Shown piece after piece: positions 54,437-63,596 of a stretch of DNA of 64,000 nucleotides (the stretch's first letter is position 1; each line of letters starts with the position of its first letter). Origin of the DNA: Candidatus Enterousia sp. (GTDB taxonomy: Bacteria; Pseudomonadota; Alphaproteobacteria; Rs-D84); contig JAZRSO010000032.1 of assembly GCA_045651525.1 (NCBI GenBank), positions 4,523-68,522 on the forward strand. The letters run 5' to 3'. The translations under genes and the position numbers were made by a program. Below the pieces are notes generated by a model. That model ran no database searches. It was not told the DNA's origin and saw nothing but the letters and a program-made list of their open reading frames with translations.

Positions 54437-56437
54437 ATGAAAGTTTATGTTGATATACATGATAATCGCTGGAAAAAATATAAAATCGATTTTGCAAAAA
54501 TCGCAAATGCGGTCGTTGGAAAAAAATATAAAAATTCCGAAGTGTCAATCGTATTGGTCGATGATAAAGAGATAAAAAAAATCAATCGTGAATATCGTAA
54601 TATCAATAAACCTACAAATGTTTTGTCTTTTGAATTGGGTGACGATGAATTGCTGGGCGATATTTATATATCGCTGGATACAGTTATAAAAGAAGCAGAA
54701 CAAGAAAATATCTCTGTTGAACATCATACGGCACATATGGTTGTACATGGTGTTTTACATCTGTTAGGGTATGACCATATCAATGATAATGACGCAGTTG
54801 TTATGGAAAACAAAGAAACAAAAATACTGGAAAAAATGGGAATAAAAAATCCTTATGCAAGCACTTGTGAAATATCTTGTGTGGATGGTTCTTGTTGCCC
54901 AGGTGCAAAAACAATTGCGTTTTTAAAAAGACTAAAAGTTACAGATAATAGTTTTGTTCAATATCTTCTATACGGCGTGTTTGGTGCGTTTGCAGCGTTT
55001 GGGTTTGCACCATTCTATCAATGGTGGTTGACTGTCTTGGGTGTCGGTGGCGCGTATTGGTTGACTGTAAGTAATAAAAATATTGGTGGTTTTTGGCGTT
55101 CGTTTGTTCGTGTTGCACCATTCGGTGCAATGTATGGTTTGTTTATGTTTTGGTGGGTCTTACATTCTATATATGTTGTGCCAGAAATCGCAGATGTTTA
55201 TGCAATATGGACAATACCAGGTGCGATTGGATTGATGTTGGCGGGATGGTTGATTTTTTCATGGCCATTTGTTGCTGTGGCGAACAAGAAAACGTCTGCG
55301 GCATCCAGAATATTTTTATTCGCGGGTGTTTGGGTATGCGTTTTATGGGCGCGTGAATGGATGTTTACCGGATTCCCATGGAACCCAATTGCAAATATAA
55401 CAATGCCGTATCCTGTGTTGGCAAATTCTATGTCGCTGTGGGGTGCGTTGGGTTTAAGTTTTATAATTGTTGGGCTAATCGCAGGTTTGGTTGAATTATT
55501 CAGGAATTATAAAAATATATGTGTTTGGATTGTAAATATTGTGTTTGTTGGAATCGCTGTATACGGCGGATTTTATGGTGTGCATAATATTGAGTTGTCT
55601 GATGTTGGAGCAGATTCAACGGCGGTTATGCTGCGAATTGTTCAGCCTGCGTCATCGCAAATGCAAAAGGCAACTCATAACAGGGTAGCGGCAATGCAAT
55701 ATGCAGAATATAATGTACGTAATTTAATAAATATGGCATCTGCCGAGGGAATTTTTGACATTATAATTATGCCAGAAACATCGTATCCATTTGTTGTTCT
55801 GAATACTGATACTGTTGATATGGCATCTTATTTGCAAAAGCCACTTGTTTTTGGTGCGAATACGTTTGATGCGGGTGGTGTTTTTAATTCAATGGTTGTA
55901 TCCCAAGAAAACGGCCGTATAGAACGTATTTATAGTAAATCTCATTTGGTGCCTTTTGGCGAATATTCGCCACTGGGTATTTTGCCGTCACCTGCAAATT
56001 TAACTGCGGGTAATGGCCCAGAAGTCATAGATTTAAATGGTTTTAAATTTGTGCCGGCAGTATGCTATGAAATTATTTTTTCTGATTCTTTGGTGCCAGA
56101 CGGGGCAGGTGACATAAATGCAATTATAAATATTACAAATGATAACTGGTTTGGCAAAACCCCAGGTATTTATCAACATCTTGATATGGTGCGCAGATAT
56201 GCGATTGAATCAGGATTGCCAGTTGTGCGTGCAAATTATTCTGGGATAAGCGCGTTTGTTGCGTCTGATGGTGAAATTATTTCATCGTTGCCGGTCGGTA
56301 TGTCGGGTGTCTTGGACGGTTTTGTTTGGGGGGCGCATAATACGCCATATCGTGAAATAGGCTTGAATTATTGGATGATTATAGTGTTGATTGTGTCGAT
56401 ATTTGGATCGGCTGTATTTTCAAAAACACGCGAATAA
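54437..56437 (+). CDS. lnt: Fusion protein: rRNA maturation RNase YbeY (N-terminal ~150 aa) + apolipoprotein N-acyltransferase Lnt
   Basis: YbeY H-box HMVVHGVLHLLGYDH. Lnt motifs IIIMPETSYPF, YSKSHLVPFGEY, VCYEIIF. One uninterrupted 666-codon frame. Confidence 0.85.
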   Translation: MKVYVDIHDNRWKKYKIDFAKIANAVVGKKYKNSEVSIVLVDDKEIKKINREYRNINKPTNVLSFELGDDELLGDIYISLDTVIKEAEQENISVEHHTAHMVVHGVLHLLGYDHINDNDAVVMENKETKILEKMGIKNPYASTCEISCVDGSCCPGAKTIAFLKRLKVTDNSFVQYLLYGVFGAFAAFGFAPFYQWWLTVLGVGGAYWLTVSNKNIGGFWRSFVRVAPFGAMYGLFMFWWVLHSIYVVPEIADVYAIWTIPGAIGLMLAGWLIFSWPFVAVANKKTSAASRIFLFAGVWVCVLWAREWMFTGFPWNPIANITMPYPVLANSMSLWGALGLSFIIVGLIAGLVELFRNYKNICVWIVNIVFVGIAVYGGFYGVHNIELSDVGADSTAVMLRIVQPASSQMQKATHNRVAAMQYAEYNVRNLINMASAEGIFDIIIMPETSYPFVVLNTDTVDMASYLQKPLVFGANTFDAGGVFNSMVVSQENGRIERIYSKSHLVPFGEYSPLGILPSPANLTAGNGPEVIDLNGFKFVPAVCYEIIFSDSLVPDGAGDINAIINITNDNWFGKTPGIYQHLDMVRRYAIESGLPVVRANYSGISAFVASDGEIISSLPVGMSGVLDGFVWGAHNTPYREIGLNYWMIIVLIVSIFGSAVFSKTRE

Positions 56438-56439
56438 AT

Positions 56440-56658
56440 CTAGTTTTTATAAGTCTGTAAAATTGCTTGTTGTAAAATCCAAACACGTACTGCAGATGAT
56501 AAATTTCTGTCGCGTGGACGTGTAGAATCTATGTCATTTATAATTGCTGCGATTGAACGATTCTGCCGTATAGCAAGTTTTTGTAATGCGTCAATAAACT
56601 CTGATTCCAGTGTAATACTTGTTTGGTGTCCAGATAAAGAAACGGATATTTTTTTCAT
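56440..56658 (-). CDS. Ribbon-helix-helix (RHH_4-like) DNA-binding protein
   Basis: KKISVSLSGHQTSITLESEFIDALQKLAIRQNRSIAAIINDID...RNLSSAVRVWIL fits the RHH_4 pattern. Confidence 0.65.
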   Translation of the reverse strand: MKKISVSLSGHQTSITLESEFIDALQKLAIRQNRSIAAIINDIDSTRPRDRNLSSAVRVWILQQAILQTYKN

Positions 56659-56659
56659 G

Positions 56660-57094
56660 TTAAATTTTCCCTGATATTAAACAGTCTGTCATCGCACGGT
56701 ATGGGTCATCATAACGACGCAATGGTGTTAAATTCAAGTTGTCTAGCATATAGAATGTTCCAAACGCATCAAATGCAAACCAAAATAAATCATTGCGACC
56801 AAATATGGTTTTGCCGACTGTCTTGCCCAGAACAGATATATCATCATTTATTTTTAATATACTGGGTATCGGGTAATTTTTCTCACGTGCTATTTCATTA
56901 GGGCCAAATATGTAACCAGTATCCATACAAATTGCGCCGGTGTTTTCATATAATTCACGAAGTGCATTTGGTAACATGGCGTATCTGCGTTGCTGTAATG
57001 CACCATTTAATAATTGTATTTGATATTGTCCGGTTGGGGAAAATATGACGGCACCACGTGATTTAATTGTTTCTATGAATTCAGCAGTATTCAT
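56660..57094 (-). CDS. SUKH (SMI1/KNR4)-like putative immunity protein
   Basis: LPNALRELYENTG ... IFGRNDLFWFAFDAFGTFYMLD ... pattern. ATG 57094 with AAGGAA SD; 1-nt gap to the RHH gene. Confidence 0.45.
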   Translation of the reverse strand: MNTAEFIETIKSRGAVIFSPTGQYQIQLLNGALQQRRYAMLPNALRELYENTGAICMDTGYIFGPNEIAREKNYPIPSILKINDDISVLGKTVGKTIFGRNDLFWFAFDAFGTFYMLDNLNLTPLRRYDDPYRAMTDCLISGKI

Positions 57095-57110
57095 ATTCGT
57101 TCCTTTGTGT

Positions 57111-57617
57111 TTACATATCTCTATCAGCTGCAATTTGTGATGCGATTGTTTCTGTCAATCTGTCTTCGGTGCCATTCCCACCATCGCCACCGCTGATGTT
57201 GCCAATTGGTAAATAGATTTTTTTCGCTGGATTTGGCAACCATATTAAATCATTTCCAGATTGTGATATTATAAATCTGTCCATGTTATAAGAATGTGGA
57301 AATGTTTTACATAAAAACATATTTTCAATGCTTAGCTCGCCACCCCATACCAATGGTATTCTAAAACGTATTGATAAATTTTCTGCGATTTTTTTCCCGG
57401 TAATTAAATCAATAAATTCTTCTTGGGAAAGGTTTATCAATGCAATTTCTTCGATACAATCAGACAGCGTTGTCATAAATTCATGGCACAGTTTTTTATA
57501 TCTGGCAAACCAGTCGTTTGGAATATTTGCACGTATTGGTTTGATTTCCATAATTGGTAAATCTTTGAGTCCAAGTTCGGCGATTTTCTTTTCAGCAAGA
57601 CTGGCGTTTAAATACAT
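57111..57617 (-). CDS. Hypothetical protein (168 aa) with a degenerate HNH/colicin-DNase-like motif
   Basis: RFRIPLVWGGELSIENMFLCKTFPH has the P-x3-GG-x5-N-x8-H spacing of beta-beta-alpha-Me nucleases, but RF replaces the HH dyad. TAATG overlap with the upstream gene. Confidence 0.4.
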   Translation of the reverse strand: MYLNASLAEKKIAELGLKDLPIMEIKPIRANIPNDWFARYKKLCHEFMTTLSDCIEEIALINLSQEEFIDLITGKKIAENLSIRFRIPLVWGGELSIENMFLCKTFPHSYNMDRFIISQSGNDLIWLPNPAKKIYLPIGNISGGDGGNGTEDRLTETIASQIAADRDM

Positions 57618-58507
57618 TACAAGTGTCCTATGTAATCAATTACTGTTGATATATAGCCAGAAAAGGCATCAAAATTTTCAGCCATGTCTGGATCTGTTGG
57701 TGGATTTGGGTTTTGTGATATATATGCACGTAATTCGTCTGTGTCTTTGAAATTAAGTATTTCTGGGGCAGGTGGGTTTGTTACGTCATTGGCTGCTATT
57801 ACAAATCCGGTTATTTTAATTTCTACGTCTTCTAATGTGTCAGAAAATACTTGCTGAAATGCGTCAATAATGCTTTGCATCGTAGATGTTTCAATGTTTC
57901 GTCCGCCAATCCATACGGTTTCATTACTGCCAATTGCAAATAAAGGAATCCTGTACCCATGTACACGTGGTGACTTTTTTATAACGTATCCGGCAGATGA
58001 GAATATTTCTTGCAGTTCTGTGTCTTCTTGTTCTGGTGTTGCAGAACTGGTTGGTGTTGGTGGCGATAAAACAGGTGCGGTTGAAGGGGCGCCTGCAACA
58101 GGGGCGGTCATTATTTCTATGTGTGTTGTTGGTGTGTTGGTATGCATGCCGTTTAGTCTTTTTGGACGCGCCAGTGCAAATACATCGGGGTCGTTTGTAT
58201 TGCTGTTGTGTGTTACGGGTTGTGTTTGTTCGTTTGTTTTTTTAGATTGTGGTAACTTTATTTTTCTAAAACGTGGGCGAATTAATAAATACAGACCAAA
58301 CACAATACAAAATACAGCAATAATCATAGAGATATAAAACAATGGTTTTATCTGTGTCTGGGTGACCTGCATATATGCAAGGTGGCGCCAATGTGTGCCT
58401 GATAATATATTAAATCCGAATTGAGTGTTAAACCAAAAACATGCACCCAGGGTTGATAACAGCAACCACAATGTTCCCAGTAAAATATTATCAAATTTAT
58501 TTCTCAT
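57617..58507 (-). CDS. Membrane protein: two TM helices, Pro/Thr-rich linker, uncharacterised C-terminal domain (296 aa)
   Basis: TM helices ILLGTLWLLLSTLGACFWF and LFYISMIIAVFCIVFGLYLLI; linker APVAGAPSTAPVLSPPTPTSSATP. Confidence 0.55.
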   Translation of the reverse strand: MRNKFDNILLGTLWLLLSTLGACFWFNTQFGFNILSGTHWRHLAYMQVTQTQIKPLFYISMIIAVFCIVFGLYLLIRPRFRKIKLPQSKKTNEQTQPVTHNSNTNDPDVFALARPKRLNGMHTNTPTTHIEIMTAPVAGAPSTAPVLSPPTPTSSATPEQEDTELQEIFSSAGYVIKKSPRVHGYRIPLFAIGSNETVWIGGRNIETSTMQSIIDAFQQVFSDTLEDVEIKITGFVIAANDVTNPPAPEILNFKDTDELRAYISQNPNPPTDPDMAENFDAFSGYISTVIDYIGHL

Positions 58508-58521
58508 TACGGTTTTTATTG

Positions 58522-58537
58522 TATCATATTTATGATA
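58522..58537. promoter_or_regulatory. Perfect 7-2-7 palindrome TATCATA-TT-TATGATA in a 44-bp divergent intergenic region (candidate operator)
   Basis: Centred between the starts at 58507 (-) and 58552 (+). A third TATGATA half-site overlaps ATG 58552. Confidence 0.35.
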
Positions 58538-58551
58538 AAGTAGGAAGAGTT

Positions 58552-59226
58552 ATGATAGAAAAAAATATTATTTTTGATGATTTATCAGATGTTGCGGCTG
58601 TTTGGTGTGATGCGGCAATTGATTCTGGCGAATTGGCACGTGTAGCTGGCGTTATTATGGACAGAAATATATCTTTTGTTTCTGTTGTGCCAGAATGTGT
58701 GCCTGTTATTTGGCCGTGGCTGGAAAACAAGGGTGTTAAAATATTGTCGCGTTTCGTTCTGCCAGATAAAAAGGTTACAGAACAGCAGATTTCTGATGTG
58801 ACAATGGCGATAAATACTGCGTTCAAGCATGGTGCACATGGCGCACAGATTTTCCTGCCGTATGGTGCGCTGGGCGAATTGGTTGAACAAACGCACGTTA
58901 TCAGGGATGATTTGTTCTTTAACAAGGATTTATCAATCGCAATTGATATAAATCAAATCGATTCGTCTGATTGGGAAAATTTGTTTGAAAATTTACGCAA
59001 GATAAATGCAACGTCTTTGCTGGTAACATTGTCAAAAGATACAGGGGACAAATCTGATTTTGTTGGGCGTTTATATGGAATGCTGGATGTGTGGGAAAAT
59101 GAAAATAATTTTGACGTTCATTTTGCGTTTGGCCAGAATTTCCAACGTATAGAGCAGGCATTGCGTCTGATAAAAAGTGTACGTCCAGAACTGATTAAAA
59201 CAACCAAGGTATTTATAAATTATTAG
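58552..59226 (+). CDS. Hypothetical protein (224 aa); weak DeoC-like aldolase/TIM-barrel resemblance
   Basis: AGGAAGAG SD before ATG 58552. ISFVSVVPECVPVIWPWLENKGVKILSRFVLP loosely resembles the DeoC N-terminal strands; low confidence. Confidence 0.3.
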   Translation: MIEKNIIFDDLSDVAAVWCDAAIDSGELARVAGVIMDRNISFVSVVPECVPVIWPWLENKGVKILSRFVLPDKKVTEQQISDVTMAINTAFKHGAHGAQIFLPYGALGELVEQTHVIRDDLFFNKDLSIAIDINQIDSSDWENLFENLRKINATSLLVTLSKDTGDKSDFVGRLYGMLDVWENENNFDVHFAFGQNFQRIEQALRLIKSVRPELIKTTKVFINY

Positions 59227-59843
59227 TTGTGTAATACCAAATATTTTGGTGCGGCGGTTCCTGCCTTGTTTTTATGCTGATAACGTGTTTGAACAATTTC
59301 CATATCTGGAACTGTTGCAGATAAATTTGTCTTTTTGATTTGTTCCAGTATCCAATCGAAATATTCCCAGTGGTCTGTACCAATAATAATTTCGCCATTT
59401 TTAGACAAGTATTTGGATAACATATTCAAGAATTCAGCAGACAACAGGCGGCGTTTTTCGTGTCTTGCCTTGGGCCATGGGTCGGGATGCAATACCCAAA
59501 TTTGCGAAAATTTTGATTCGGTTTTACGCAAGAAATCACGAACGTCATCTGCCCAGATGCGAATGTTTTTGTATTCATCCAGTACCCGATTCGATTTTTC
59601 GTCGGTAATTGCAGACAGCAAACTGGCCACGCCGTTCATAAATGGTTCGGCACCAATGATGATTTTGTCTGGATTATTGTGTGCCAAATCGCCTACGTGT
59701 TCGCCCGCACCAAATCCAATTTCCAATATATCGCCCATTTCTGGGGCAAGGGTGGGTAACAATTCGTCAATCAGTGTTTGTTGACGGGTGGATAATTTTT
59801 TGCCGTGACGACGGCCAAATGTTCTTATTTCTTGTTTTTCCAT
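59223..59843 (-). CDS. trmB: tRNA (guanine46-N7)-methyltransferase TrmB
   Basis: SAM motif LEIGFGAGEH and HPDPWPKARHEKRRL. ATG 59843 preferred over 59876. Confidence 0.88.
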   Translation of the reverse strand: MEKQEIRTFGRRHGKKLSTRQQTLIDELLPTLAPEMGDILEIGFGAGEHVGDLAHNNPDKIIIGAEPFMNGVASLLSAITDEKSNRVLDEYKNIRIWADDVRDFLRKTESKFSQIWVLHPDPWPKARHEKRRLLSAEFLNMLSKYLSKNGEIIIGTDHWEYFDWILEQIKKTNLSATVPDMEIVQTRYQHKNKAGTAAPKYLVLHN

Positions 59844-59889
59844 ATATTTAGTATAGAATTGAGTTTTATAAAACACAAGGAATATATAG

Positions 59890-61464
59890 ATGAGAAATGG
59901 TTTGTCAAAAGATTTAATCGCACGCGTTTTGGGCGCGGCACCAAAATATACATTGGATGAATTAGAAGCAAAATTCCCAGTACGTAATCTGGGCGAAGGG
60001 GTTAAAGTGACACGATTCGCCCCCAGTCCAACAGGCTATATGCATTTGGGTAATTTGTATAGCGCACTGATTAGTTATAAGTTGGCACAACAGTCAGGTG
60101 GTGTGTTCTTGTTACGTATTGAAAATACAGATACAAAGCGTGAAAATAAAGATGCAGTTGATATTATCATAAATTCGTTGGCTGAATTTGGAATTACGTA
60201 TGAAAACGATCCGGTGTATGGACCATATTATCAATCAGAACGTAAAGATATTTATCATTCTGTGGCGGCAGATTTATTGGCACGTGGGTTGGCATATCCG
60301 TGCTTTTTAACCCAGGAAGAAATGGACGAAATTCGTGAAAATCAAAAAGCGGCAGGTTTTGCAACGGGGATTTATGGTGAATGGGCACGTGATCGTGATT
60401 TAACCGAAGAAGAAATTATTGCATATCTGGATAAGGGGTTGGTGCCGTCAATTCGTTTGTATTCAATGGGTAATCCAGAACAGCGTATTTTCTGCAAAGA
60501 TGCGGTGCGTGGGTCGCTGTCTGTGCCAGAACATAATGAAGATACTGTTTTAATTAAATCTACGGATGGGTTGCCAACGTATCATTTTGCACACTTGTGT
60601 GATGATCACTTTATGCACACAACACATGTTGTTCGTGATGAGTCTTATTTTGGAACGTTTGCAATGCATGTTCAGATGTTTCGTATGATGGGCTGGGAAT
60701 TGCCTGCATATGTTCATATTGCGACATTGGATAAGATTGATGAAGAAACAGGCAAGCAAAGAAAATTGTCAAAGCGTAAAGATCCAGAGGCAAATGTTGC
60801 ATTTTTCTTGGAAGCGGGTTGGCCAGTTGAATCTGTGATTGAATATCTGGGAAATATTTTGGCGCCGGGATATGAAGAAGCAAAAGTAAAGGGCCAGGTT
60901 AAATCGTTCTGGGATTACGAAATGCGTCCAAAGAAAATGCCGGTATCTGGGTCGTTGTTTGATATGAAAAAACTGGAATGGTGGGCCAAAGAATTTATTG
61001 GTTCGTTGCCTGTGCCAGAATTGGTTAGTCGTGTCGTTACATGGGCAAATGAATATGGAACAGATGTTAACAAAATGCAGGTTGCAGATGTTCAATATCT
61101 GACAGGTGTCTTGGGTATTGAACGCGATAATCCAAAGCGTGTACGCAAAGACTTTATCACTTGGTCACAGACGTTGGAAAATGTTGCGTTTTTCTGGGAT
61201 GAGTTATTTGTCCCAAATACAGAATATGAATTTAACAAGGACGCGTTGCGCGCGTTTTTGGAAACATACGATGCCGCAGATGATAAAGATACTTGGTGGG
61301 CAAAAATTGTCGCGGTCGCCGAAAAATGTGGTATTAAAAATGGCGATGTTGCAATGAATCTGCGTGTGGCGTTATCGGGCCGTACAAACACCCCAGACCT
61401 GTATTCAATAATGACAGTTATGGGTGGCGAACGTGTTAAACAAAGGGTGCAAAATGCAATTTAA
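59890..61464 (+). CDS. gltX: Glutamate--tRNA ligase
   Basis: HIGH-type PSPTGYMHLGN and KMSKS-type KLSKRK. Confidence 0.9.
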   Translation: MRNGLSKDLIARVLGAAPKYTLDELEAKFPVRNLGEGVKVTRFAPSPTGYMHLGNLYSALISYKLAQQSGGVFLLRIENTDTKRENKDAVDIIINSLAEFGITYENDPVYGPYYQSERKDIYHSVAADLLARGLAYPCFLTQEEMDEIRENQKAAGFATGIYGEWARDRDLTEEEIIAYLDKGLVPSIRLYSMGNPEQRIFCKDAVRGSLSVPEHNEDTVLIKSTDGLPTYHFAHLCDDHFMHTTHVVRDESYFGTFAMHVQMFRMMGWELPAYVHIATLDKIDEETGKQRKLSKRKDPEANVAFFLEAGWPVESVIEYLGNILAPGYEEAKVKGQVKSFWDYEMRPKKMPVSGSLFDMKKLEWWAKEFIGSLPVPELVSRVVTWANEYGTDVNKMQVADVQYLTGVLGIERDNPKRVRKDFITWSQTLENVAFFWDELFVPNTEYEFNKDALRAFLETYDAADDKDTWWAKIVAVAEKCGIKNGDVAMNLRVALSGRTNTPDLYSIMTVMGGERVKQRVQNAI

Positions 61465-62131
61465 GCCAAATTTTGATTTGTTAGAAGCCTGGGAAGACGC
61501 ACAACGTATGTATCCTGGTGCGTATGTCGCATTGTTTGAAAAAAATGATAAAACACTGGTGTATATGTGTGATATACATGGCGAAAACGAATCGTTTGAT
61601 ATGGTGGATTTTTGCTTTAAATCTGGAAAATTTAAGCAGCCCGATATCTTGATTACGGAATTTGAAAATGCAGGTCGTGAAATCGGTAAGCATGCGTCAC
61701 AAACAAATACGTTGATTTATGCGGCGGCTGTGGCAACAAAACAAAATATACCGGTTGTGTTTGCTGATTTGTCGCATAAAGAAAAACAGGATGTGTTGCA
61801 AGCGCATTATCCAAATTATGTTTTTGATGAAAATGTTGTACGTAAAATTTTAGGAACAGAACCTATGCGTTCAGCAGGTGTATTGGGCGAAATGGGTGGT
61901 ACATTAAATAAGTTTGGCCGTGATAAATTTATGCTAGAAAATATTGCAACAGCATTAAATAAGTATGATACCGTATTCGCAATTTTTGGTTCTGGACACT
62001 ATGAATCGCAACGTTTGGCGTTGGTTGATATGTTGGGCGAACCAAAATATATCGGAAAGATACCGAATGTTCGTGGTGAATTTGATGAAAAAGATATAAA
62101 ACCGATAAAATTGGTTGATTTTAGAATATAA
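61454..62131 (+). CDS. Hypothetical protein, possibly TraB/GumN/Tiki-superfamily
   Basis: DIHGENES, ITEFE, RDKFMLENI and FAIFGSGHYES loosely match the GxxH/E/RDxxM/GxGH pattern. Overlaps the gltX end by 11 nt. Confidence 0.35.
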   Translation: MQFKPNFDLLEAWEDAQRMYPGAYVALFEKNDKTLVYMCDIHGENESFDMVDFCFKSGKFKQPDILITEFENAGREIGKHASQTNTLIYAAAVATKQNIPVVFADLSHKEKQDVLQAHYPNYVFDENVVRKILGTEPMRSAGVLGEMGGTLNKFGRDKFMLENIATALNKYDTVFAIFGSGHYESQRLALVDMLGEPKYIGKIPNVRGEFDEKDIKPIKLVDFRI

Positions 62132-62144
62132 AGGGGGCAATAAA

Positions 62145-62882
62145 ATGACCAAGGAAAAACGTGCCAGAATTCGGGCGGTTAAAAAAGATTCGCATGGGTC
62201 ACAATTATTAAAGGTTCTGCGGGCAACTGGGTTGTTCCGTTGGGAAAAACCGTCAACACATGGCGAAGAAGTTGTAAATATTTTAACGCATGGTATTGGA
62301 ATTGGGTTGGCGATTGCTGCATTGACATTGTTGGTTGTGTTCGCAGGACTAAAAGGCGACCCGTGGGCGATTGTGTCTTGTGCAATCTTTGGCGTGACAA
62401 TGATTACCCTGTATTTTGGTTCAACAATGTGTCATGCGACAATTGGTAAAAAGCACGAATGTTTCTTTGAAGTTTGGGACAGTGTTGCAATTTATGCGTT
62501 GATTGCAGGGACTTATACACCATTTTTATTGGTAAATTTGCGCGGGCTGGTCGGGTGGATTGTGTTCGCGATTTTATGGGGAATTGTTTTGTTCGGTTCG
62601 TATATGAAAATTCGTAATCCAAAACAACAACCACGTTGGATGGTTGCGTTATATGTTGCGATGGGATGGACATTGTTATTTATATTGCCGGCAATGATTC
62701 GTAATATCCCAGTACGCGGTCTGTGGTTTATATTGGCGGGCGGATTGTCTTATACGATTGGAGTGATATTCTATTTGTGGCGTCGTATGAAGTTTTCGCA
62801 CGCAGTATGGCACCTGTTTGTAATCGGCGGCAGCGTGTGTTTCTTTTTTGCTGTTCTGTTCGGTTGTATTTTGGATAAATAA
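62145..62882 (+). CDS. Hemolysin III / PAQR family membrane protein
   Basis: Seven TM helices; conserved His positions (NILTHGIG, STMCHAT, FSHAVWHLFV); AAGGGGG SD before ATG 62145. Confidence 0.85.
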   Translation: MTKEKRARIRAVKKDSHGSQLLKVLRATGLFRWEKPSTHGEEVVNILTHGIGIGLAIAALTLLVVFAGLKGDPWAIVSCAIFGVTMITLYFGSTMCHATIGKKHECFFEVWDSVAIYALIAGTYTPFLLVNLRGLVGWIVFAILWGIVLFGSYMKIRNPKQQPRWMVALYVAMGWTLLFILPAMIRNIPVRGLWFILAGGLSYTIGVIFYLWRRMKFSHAVWHLFVIGGSVCFFFAVLFGCILDK

Positions 62883-62884
62883 AA

Positions 62885-62919
62885 TCCCCCTTGTGGAATG
62901 GGGGAATTTGTTGGTTTTA
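62885..62919. terminator. Terminator between convergent genes
   Basis: TCCCCC-TTGTGGAAT-GGGGGA hairpin followed by a T-rich tract. Confidence 0.5.
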
Positions 62920-62934
62920 TGATAGCGTCAATAT

Positions 62935-63450
62935 TTATTTAGATTTCTGTATAGGGTATTGAATAGTTGAATTATTTTTTTGTTGTTCTTGTTTAAACTG
63001 TTTCAGTGCTTCGTTTATAATTTCTTGCTTAAATTGTTCCTTGCTGCGTTTGGAATAATCGCTTGTTTTTTTTGCACCTACGAAAATACCAGCCATAGCA
63101 CATGTCAACAATGTCACAATCAATACTTTATCATAATAATTTTCCCACCATTCTTTTGCTTTGGTTTTAAATGGCAGCAACTTATGTTGCATTTTGTAAT
63201 ATAAATCATATGCTTCATCAAACGGACATATATAAGAAACTTCTGCAAAGAAATGTTTATTATTTATTTCTACTGCAGAACATTTCATTGTTTTGTTATG
63301 TGTATACGCAATGTTGGCGACATTGCCAATGTGTATAACCTTGTTTTCGTCCATAGTTATTTTGTATTTATAGCTGTGTTTATCTAAGTAAGCGATATAT
63401 TTTAATGCTTCTTCATCTGATATCTTAGACCAATCTGTTGGTATATTCAT
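62935..63450 (-). CDS. Hypothetical protein with one TM helix (171 aa)
   Basis: TM helix VLIVTLLTCAMAGIFVGA followed by a Lys/Gln/Glu-rich tail. Confidence 0.5.
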   Translation of the reverse strand: MNIPTDWSKISDEEALKYIAYLDKHSYKYKITMDENKVIHIGNVANIAYTHNKTMKCSAVEINNKHFFAEVSYICPFDEAYDLYYKMQHKLLPFKTKAKEWWENYYDKVLIVTLLTCAMAGIFVGAKKTSDYSKRSKEQFKQEIINEALKQFKQEQQKNNSTIQYPIQKSK

Positions 63451-63596
63451 TCTGGAACCTTTTTTATTTAGTTTTTGTGTTTACATTATAAGACGATATT
63501 TGTGTTTGTCAAGATTTTGTTCAAAAAACGGCTAAATATAGAAAAGTCTAAAATTGATTGGTTTAAAATCTGTATAAATTAGATAAATAACAGTAA

